Source of the DNA: Eledone cirrhosa
Taxonomy: Eukaryota
Length of the DNA: 64,000 nucleotides
Assembly: GCA_964016885.1 (NCBI GenBank)
Contig: OZ024742.1
Location: forward strand, 113,584,001-113,648,000
Direction: 5' to 3'
Position numbers and translations under genes: made by a program. This document shows, one piece after another, positions 55,840 to 64,000 of the stretch. The notes beneath the pieces were generated by a model that had not been told where the DNA came from, ran no database searches, and was given only the letters and a program-made list of their open reading frames with translations. The stretch's first letter is position 1. The number at the start of each line of letters is the position of its first letter.

Positions 55840-57020
55840 CTTTGTTGTTGCTGCTACAGTTGTTGCTGCCATCCCTGCTGCTGGTGGTGTTGATGGTTAA
55901 GTCACTGGGGTGGGTAAGAGAGGTGGCCTCAACCTTTTAGCCTGAGGGCAGAAAGCCCTTAGATGGGTTCCTTCACCACAAACGACACACCTAGGCCTTA
56001 TCCCTCGACGATTACGGTGAGGTGGCTGCCGTCAGTGTGGTCTATTAGCTCTGGGATCTCCTCAATGCTGTTTTGGTCCGTTCGGATCAGGAGCTCCATC
56101 CCACATCCCGACCAGTTCTCCTGCTTTTCTTTTACTATTTCTATTATGTTGGTGTTGGCCTCGATGCCGGCGAGGACAACAGCCATTAGCCAGGTAATTT
56201 CGATGGCCGGTGGAACGTGGGTCACCCTGATCTTCACAAGTCTCCGGACACAATAACTTGGGATGAGTGTGAAGTCGTCACTTCTTAATGGAGCCGTGGA
56301 GTGTTCTCTGGCTTCCTGTGGTATTTCAAAGAACACGCCCACGGTTCCATACTTCTGCCCACGTCTGATTGGGTTTTTTTTGCCCACACATGTCCCAAAG
56401 ATCTTTGGCTTTGGGACTCGGATGCCCGTTCCACTCGGCGCGATTTTACATTATTTTGTTCGATACGACACGGTGCATTGGCGCCGATGCTCCATTTTAT
56501 TAGGTGGTGGTGGGGTGGGGGGTAGGCTGACCCTGTTCCCATCTTTCTTTACCATTCCTTTGGCTTCTTCTAATTCCTCCTGAGTTACCTGGATCGCTTC
56601 GCACGTTTTTGCTACTCTGGCAAATCTCAGAGTGGTTTTCTTAATGTCATTGTTGCTGTTGTTGTTATCGTTATTTTTGTTCTTATTAATTTTAGTTTCA
56701 GTTGTGGTGGTATTGGCGTTAGTGGTGTTCGGTGTGGAAGAGTTCATATTGGTTGAATTAATTTCGATATCACGAGTTAATTTATTTTTTTCTTTTGTTA
56801 TGTTGTCGCTGTGGTGATGGTGGGGGTGGGGGTTGTCGCAGTGGTGGTGGCGGCTTTAACACCTGCAGTCATTGGTAATGGCGGGAAATGAACGTCTGGC
56901 TGAGACAAATTTAATATATTGCTACTGCTTAAAATTCCAGTATTGGCAAACGTAGCAATATTTACAATGGTGGTGTCAGTGGGAGGTGTTGGATTGTGAG
57001 GAAGCAGTGACTCTCAGTCA
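55840..57020 (-). pseudogene. Tx1 ORF1 (gag-like zinc knuckle), disrupted
   Basis: T/N/P-rich N-terminus, ORF 55998-56387, frameshifted CCHC knuckle. Confidence 0.72.
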
Positions 57021-57241
57021 TACATTATTGTTCAAAGAAACATTTTTGTTTGATAATTATAAAAAAGTTTAAATTTTGGGCTCAATACCCCAATATTTTT
57101 GAGTGTCCTTTTCAGAAATCAATGTATGTGCACTTATATACAGTTAACAATAAACATTTTACATGAATGGCAATTTTAAAGAACTGAAAATAACAAACCT
57201 TTGCGGAGCTCACGATGATACGATTTACTACGTAGGACGCC

Positions 57242-57278
<37 letters not shown>

Positions 57279-57298
57279 GTAATAATAATAATAATAAT
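57242..57298 (+). repeat. (AAT)n microsatellite
   Basis: Directly visible; separates the Tx1 5' end from a Dong fragment. Confidence 0.95.
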
Positions 57299-57642
57299 GT
57301 GGATGTGGCCTGCCCTTTCGACACGAGAGTGCAAGAAAAGGAGAGGGATAAAATTAACCGATACCAGGACCTAAAGTGGGAGGTGAAAAGGATTTGGAAC
57401 TGCCATGAAGTGAAAGTGATCCCGAATGTCATAGGCGCACTGGGGACTATCTCCAAAAGTTTCCAGGGATGGTTAAAGAAAATCGGCCCCGTCACGCTTT
57501 TTGGAACGCTTCAAAAGGCATGCTTGCTTGGAACAGCAAGAACCCTCCGATACGTCCTGAATATCTGAGGCTGCAGGTAGTGGCTTGATATTCATTCCAA
57601 CTGACTTTCCAGTTAACCAACATCAATGACTGAGATTCAAGG
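57298..57642 (+). mobile_element. Dong family A, short 3' fragment
   Basis: Near-identical to ~2482-2826. Confidence 0.92.
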
Positions 57643-57691
57643 AATAATAATAGTAATAATAGTAATAATAATTATTATTATTGTTGTTATT

Positions 57692-58788
57692 AAGAAATGG
57701 ATAGGAAGACTAGGAAGCTATTGACTTTCTACAACATGTTCCACAAGAGGAGTGATGTCGATAGACTCTACTTAAGGAGATCTGAAGGTGGAAGAGGTCT
57801 TATCAGCATTGAGGACTGCGTTCAGATGGAGAAAAATATCCTACACAAATACGTAACTGATAGTAAGGAGCCAATGCTCAGAATTGTCCTGTAGGAGAGG
57901 ACAATAGACCAGGGGATGTCCAAGGAGGAAATAACAGCAAGGAGAAAGAGCAGCCTTCAGGAAAAATCCCTTCAGAGTACCTTCTTTGAGAAAAATGAAT
58001 TCAGAGATCCACAGACATGGAACTGGTTGAAAAGAGGAGACCTTAAAAAGGTACAGAAGGAATGTTAATGGCTGCGCAAGAGCAGGCCCTCAAAACGAAG
58101 TGGGTGAAACACCATATTTACAAGGAGGAGGCTAGCCCACTGTGCAGGATCTGTGGAGAGAGAGAGTAGAGTGTGGCTCACATTGTATCCGAGTGTAAAG
58201 ACCTAACCCTGAGTCACTATAAAGGCTGGAGACATGATGTGATGGGCAGGGTGATCCACTGGCACCTATCCAAAATAAACAATTTACCACATTCTGAGAG
58301 TGGTATGAGCATAAGCCAGATTCAGTGATATAAAACGATCAGGTGATGTTGCTATGGGATTTTAGGATACAGACAGATAAGAAACTGGAACACAATAGGC
58401 CTGACAGGGTGGTTTTGGACAAGTAAAAAAGGTCGTGCCTGATTGTAGATGTAGCCTGCCAATTTGATACGAGAGTGTAAGAAAATGAGAGGGAGACAAT
58501 TAACCGATACCAAGACTTAAAGTGGAATGTAAAAAGGATTTGGAACTGCCATGAAGTCAGAGTCGTCCCGATTGTCATAGGTGCACTAGATACTATCCCA
58601 AAAGGTTTCCAGGTATGGTTAAAGAAAATTGGCCCCTTCACGTTTTTTGGAACGCTTCAAAAGGCATGCTTGCTGGGAACAGCAAGAACCCTCCGATACG
58701 TCCTGAATATCTGAGGCTGCAGGTAGTGGCTTGATATTCATTTCAACAAACTTTCCAGTTAACTAACATCAATGACTGAGACTCAAAG
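57692..58788 (+). mobile_element. Dong family A, 5'-truncated, decayed
   Basis: Matches ~1729-2826 with several stops; AAT-rich tail. Confidence 0.92.
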
Positions 58789-58836
58789 AACAATAAGAAT
58801 AAGAATAATAAAATATAATAATAATAATAATTAAAA

Positions 58837-61496
58837 AAATGAGAAATGACATTGGAAAGCTTGAGTCCCTACTGAAAGGGACACTACAAAACATAGACAC
58901 TAAAAATAGACTGGAAATAAAGTACAAAACTAGGAGGAAAATCTAAATATTATCTTAGAGGAAATGAAGCAAAGCATTGTAGCAAAGATCGCAAAGTTTA
59001 GGTGATACGAGAGCAGAGTCATTCAGTATAGACATAAACACATGTTTCAAAACAACCAGAATATGTTGTTTGGACAGCTTGAAGGGAAAGAAAGAGGCAA
59101 CGACTTGATCCCTGAGGTGGAACAAACTAATACATTCTGGAGAGGAATATGGGAGTAGGGTGTTGAACATAATGATCAGGCAGTGTGGATTGAGACAGTA
59201 CAAAAGGATATTAGTGAACAGGCACACCAACAAACTGATTTGAGTATCATTGTTGAAACTCTTTGGGTTCAGGCCCCAAAACTAACCAACTGGAAATCAC
59301 CAGGTCGAGATGGTGTGCAGGGGTATTGGATTAAAAATATAACATCCTTCCACCCGAAACTGACAACCGTGTTCAATGACTGTCTGATGTCAGGTGAGGC
59401 ACCAGAGTGGTTGACAAAAGGTACCATAGTTCTGGTAATGAAAGACCGAATCAAGGGTAATGATGTTACCAACTATAGACCTATCACATGTCTGTCCGTA
59501 ATGTGGAAACTGTTAACAAGGATTGTGTCTGGGGAAATCTACCATCACCTCCATATAAACAACTTGTTACCGGACGAACAGAAAGGATGCTGAAATAAGA
59601 CTCGTGTTACAAAGGACCAGTTACTTATTGATAAGATGGTAATGAGGAATTGCAGGAGGAGACACACGGCTCTTGACATGATATGGATAGACTACACAAA
59701 GGCATTCGACATGATACCTCATTCATGGATAACCAAAAGCCTAGAGATCTTCAGGATGGCAGATACCATCAGACAATTGTTGAGCAAAAGTATGAAGTCC
59801 TGGAAAACAGAGTTAACATCGGGCGGAGAATCCGTGGGAGGCGTGAGGATCAAGAACGCTATCTTCCAGGGAGATAGTTTGTCCCCTCTGTTTTTTGTCC
59901 TTGTCCTGTTCCCCCTGACCATTATACTGCGAAAAGTGAGAGCAGGATACAAGTTAGGAAAGGGATAGCTTACCATCAATCACCTCCTATTCATGGACGA
60001 TCTTAAGCTCTTCGGGAAGAGTGAGAGGGATTTGGATGTGCTTGTTGACACTGTCCGTATTTTCAGCAATGATATATGTATGCAATTTGGTATTAGTAAG
60101 GGTGAAGTCCTTGTGGTGTAGAGGAGTAAATTGGGCAGAAGCAACATAATCCAAGTACCAACAGGTGAGATGATAAAGGAAATTGATGCTGAAGAGGGAT
60201 GCAAATATTTAGGTGTTCTGGAGGCTAATGACATCAAGGACATCAACATGAAGGAACTGATAAGATCGGAATACATTCGGAGAGTAAGGAGCGTACTAAA
60301 ATCACATCTGAACAGTAGGAATGCCATAAGTGCAGTAAATTCCCGAGCGGGTGTCTATTATTAGGTACAGTGCGGGAATTGTGAGATGGAATGTTGCTTC
60401 ACAAAAAGAAATGGATAAGAAGTATAGGAAGCTATTGACTATCTACAAAAGGAGTGATGTCGATAGACTCTACTTAATCTGATCTGAAGCTGGAAGAGGT
60501 CTTATCAGCATACGGGACTGTGTTTAGATGGAGAAAAACAACCTACACAAATACGTTACTTATAGTAAGGAGCCAATGCTCAGAATTGTACTGAAGGAGA
60601 GGACAATAGACCAGGGGATGTCCAAGGAGGAAATAACAGCAAGGAGAAAGAGCAACCTTCATGAAAAATCCCTTCATAATGCCTACTTTGTGAAAGCTGA
60701 ATTTAGAGATCCACAGACATGGAACTGGTTGAAAAGAGGAGGCCTTAAAAAGGCTACAGAAGGAATGCTAATGGCCGCGCAAGAGCAGGCGCTCAAAACA
60801 AAGTGGCTGAAACACCATATTTACCAGGAGGAGGCTAGCCCACTGTGTAGGATCTGTGGAGAGAGAGAGGGGAGACTGTGGCTCACATTGTATCCGAGTG
60901 TAAACACCTAGCCCAGATTCACTATAAAGGCTGAAGACATGATGTGATGGGCAGGCTGATCCACTAGCAACTATGCAAAGTAAACAATTTACCACATTCT
61001 GAGAAATGTATGAGCATAAGCCAGAGTCGGTGATAGAAAACGATCAGGTGAAGGTGCTGTGGGATTTTAGGATACTGACGGACAAGAATCTAGAACACAA
61101 TAGACCTGAACTGGTGGTTTTGGACACGGGAAAACGATCGTGCATGATTGTGGATGTAGCCTACCCATTCGACACGAGAGTGCAAGAGAAAGTGAGGGAG
61201 AAAATTAACCGATACCAGGACTTAAAGTGGGAGGTAAAAACGATTTGGAACTGCCATGAGGTCTAAGTGGCACTAGGTACTATCATAGGCGCACTAGGTA
61301 CTATCTCAAAGAGTTCCCAAGGATGGTTAAAGAAAATTGGTTCCGCCCCGCATTTTGGAATACTTCAAAAGGCATGCTTGCTGGTAACAGCAAGAACTCT
61401 CCGATACGTCCTGGATATCTGAGGCTGCAGGTAGTGGCTTGACATTCATTTGTACAAACATTCCAGTTAAATAACATCAATGACTAAGACTAAAAG
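58837..61496 (+). mobile_element. Dong family A, long 5'-truncated, more decayed
   Basis: Matches ~160-2826 with many stops and indels. Confidence 0.92.
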
Positions 61497-61511
61497 AACA
61501 ATAATAATAAT

Positions 61512-61686
61512 TGTTTCTACTTTAGGCACAAGGCCAGCAATTATCCAGTGCATTACTGGTACTTTATTTTATCGACCCCGTAAGGATGAAAGGCAAAACA
61601 ACCTCGGCAGGATTTGAACTCAGATCGTAGAGGGACGTAACTATGCTGGAAAGCATAGCGTCCGACCCTCTACCGATACTGCCAAT
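61512..61686 (-). mobile_element. tRNA-SINE in Dong (AAT)n tail
   Basis: Same family as 22195-22378. Confidence 0.92.
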
Positions 61687-61704
61687 AAAAATAATAATAA
61701 TAAT

Positions 61705-61885
61705 TGTTTCTACTTTAGGCACAAGGCCAGCAATTACCCAGTGCATTACTGGTACTTTATTTTATCGACCCCGTAAGGATGAAAGGAAAAGTCAACCTCG
61801 GCGGGATTTGAACTCAGATCGTAAAGGGACGTAACTATGCGGGAAAGCATGGCGTCCGACCCTCTACCCATACTGCTAATCCACC
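61705..61885 (-). mobile_element. tRNA-SINE in (AAT)n
   Basis: Same family. Confidence 0.92.
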
Positions 61886-62120
61886 AAGGTCTAATGATTA
61901 CCTATCGCATAGTAGAAATACAAAAGATATTACTAATGGGAACTGTACATATACTAAGGAAGATTCTGTCAATATAAGTCCATCACAAGTCTAAACACCT
62001 AAAGATGCACGTGTGTGTATTCATGTTCTTTCTTGATCATGGTGGATCTTGTTGTCTCTTGAGGTCACTTGTGACTCGCTGATAACTCGTATGAACATAA
62101 AGCAAGATAAATGCAACTGT
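61886..62120 (+). mobile_element. Dong family B 3' fragment
   Basis: Matches ~52015-52272 with a small deletion. Confidence 0.88.
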
Positions 62121-62129
62121 AATATTAAT

Positions 62130-62307
62130 TGTTTCTACTTTTGGCACAAAGCCAGCATTTACTGAATACATTACTGGTACTTTATTTTATCGACCCCGTA
62201 AGGATCAAAGCAAAGTTAACATCGGCGGGATTTGAACTCTGAATGGCAAGAGCCGTAACTCTATGTGTCAAATCATGGCGTCCGACCCCTACCGATACTG
62301 CCAATCC
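62130..62307 (-). mobile_element. tRNA-SINE, diverged
   Basis: Same family; followed by (TAA)n 62312-62329. Confidence 0.88.
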
Positions 62308-62339
62308 AAACTAATAATAATAATAATAAATGTGAAGAA

Positions 62340-63385
62340 TAAAATCCAAAGAGGGCTCGATAAGGATAATATATATATCAAATATATAAGAACCCTAGAG
62401 CAGGTGTTTATTAAAATAATAGATTAAAGTGTAAGCAAAGAATCGCTGCTTTCACCCTTAACGGGAACTTCTGAAACGAAAAAAAATCGGTCTGTGAACG
62501 CAAAAGTAAACATTTAGAAAAACGTTGCAACCGAAGAAAAACTGGAAGACGATACTTTGCTTCGTGAAGACGTTCCCTGGCAATGAACGGAAACAAGCGA
62601 GGAAAATACGTCGTTATGTGGATCAATGAGAACAAATACACATACAGAAAAAACCACGTTAGTCTTCTAGACTAATATTCTATTTAGGAAACCCAATGAT
62701 TCTCGGCTGCGGAGTTAAGACAAATGTAAGTAAATTAGTAGAACAAAAATGACAGAGGTTATTGTACGTTTGGTGAACATGTATTTTTACCTATTGCTAT
62801 GTGTGTGCGTGCTTTATATACGTTTATATAATTATATGTATATACACACACACACACATACATTTTATATGAGTATTTGGTGTACACGTTCGAATATGTG
62901 CGCGTGTTTATGGCTGCGTACATGTTTTTTGCATGCATGGCATAAGTGTTTGCGTATGCACGTGTATGTATGTATTATGATGTGTATATACATATATTAC
63001 ATTATTATTACTTTAATAACCTGTCATTTTCGTTCTACTAATTTATTTACATCTTTCTTAAATCCGAAGCCGAGAATCATTCGGTTTCCTAAATCATATA
63101 TTAGTCTTTTATTTCATTCATACTATAAACGTGATTTTGTCTTTGCGTGTATGTTTTCTTACCGCTCCATATAACGACGTAATATACTCGCTGTTTTTGT
63201 TCCGTTCATTGCCAGGGAACGTCTTCACGAACCAAAGTATCGTCTTCCTTTTTTCCATCGGTTGCAACGTTTTTCAGCACATTTACTTCTTTGATGACAG
63301 ATAGATTCTTTTAGTTTCTGAAGATCCCGTTAAGGGCGAAAGCAGCGATTCTTTGCTTAAACTTTAATCTGTTATTTAAATAAAT
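62340..63385. mobile_element. Head-to-head pair of Naiad-1-family pseudo-LTRs with no ORF
   Basis: ~62340-62760 is the reverse complement of the pseudo-LTR, including the extension seen at 28945-29015; ~62770-63385 is a sense copy ending before a TA-rich tract. Confidence 0.8.
63313..63363 (+). ncRNA. Type I hammerhead of the Naiad-1 family
   Basis: AGTTT-CTGAAGA-TCCC-GTTAA-GGGC-GAAA-GCAG..TTGC-TT-AAACT. Confidence 0.65.
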
Positions 63386-63436
63386 ATATATACATATATT
63401 TACACTCATGCATACATTTATATATATATGTATATG

Positions 63437-63508
<72 letters not shown>

Positions 63509-63509
<1 letters not shown>

Positions 63510-63833
63510 GTGGGAAAGTAAGACATCGGAGAATAGACCGTTAAAACATGTTTATTTAGAACAGCACCTACGTATGTTTCGCCCAGTTGGGCTTCTCAAG
63601 GGTATAAATAATCAAAAGTGTTCCTTACATTGCTCGGAAAGAGTTTTGGGGGTTAAATCCACGTCAAGGTTCATTGCTCGCAAAAATAGCTTGTTTTAAT
63701 TTTGCAGCAGGTCAAGGGAGGTAACTCTGACCGGTGTTAGGGCAGTCTTTCCCGGACAAATGTTGTTTTATCTGCTACGAGATGAGGTTACAACCTTACC
63801 ATAGTCGATACGCATGTAATCAACGCTTATCTT

Positions 63834-63864
<31 letters not shown>

Positions 63865-64000
63865 GTCGTTTGAGGCTGTGTCTGGTATGCAATGATTCTT
63901 TCCTGGGTGTTATTTTGCAGCGCCTGCCCGCCGGGGTGTTAAGACTCGTTGTAGGGAGATCCGGTGCACGGTTTCACTCCTCAACCTTAACCCATCTGAA
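63509..64000 (-). mobile_element. 3' end of another PLE-type element abutting (TA)n (continues beyond window)
   Basis: HHR motif ~55 nt from the (TA)n junction. Confidence 0.55.
63565..63604 (-). ncRNA. Compact type I hammerhead, U3-A8 core variant
   Basis: Minus strand ACCC-TTGAGAA-GCCC-AACT-GGGC-GAAAC-ATAC-GTA-GGT. Confidence 0.7.

Larger units (their letters stand above)
52316..57241 (-). mobile_element. Tx1/L1-clade non-LTR retrotransposon with both ends at (ATT)n
   Basis: ORF1 with CX2CX4HX4C (CVVCGEGTHLRAFC, ~55948-55990); ORF2 APE (AISET, LVGDWN, SYLDRV, GPGYWKLN), RT (GKSPGLDG, FRPITLLN, DQSKAFDRVDH, SAYADDV), C-terminal CPRC..ETVLHAL; AATAAA near 3' end. Confidence 0.9.

Overview
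Eukaryotic, AT-rich, repeat-dominated window with no convincing host gene. The tRNA-derived SINE resembles those I recall from octopod cephalopods (inference, not searched). Nearly all recognisable content is retroelement-derived and sorts into two microsatellite niches. (1) (TAA)n tracts hold two R4/Dong-clade non-LTR families (1-4.1 kb, 48.4-62.1 kb), an apparently end-to-end Tx1/L1-clade element in the opposite orientation (52.3-57.2 kb) and a tRNA-SINE. (2) (TA)n tracts hold Penelope-like elements (PLEs): four divergent Naiad-like, one Penelope/Poseidon-like and one Neptune-like copy, plus short non-coding derivatives carrying hammerhead ribozyme (HHR) motifs. Most notable: the SINE 3' tail aligns without gaps to the Tx1 3' end and shares its ATTAT target polarity (candidate Tx1-SINE partnership). 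Also notable are recurrent ~0.2-0.45 kb foldback PLE mini-elements, one family folding in HHR stem II; a head-to-head junction between two different PLE clades; and several variant HHR cores. Coordinates were read by eye and may be a few bases off.
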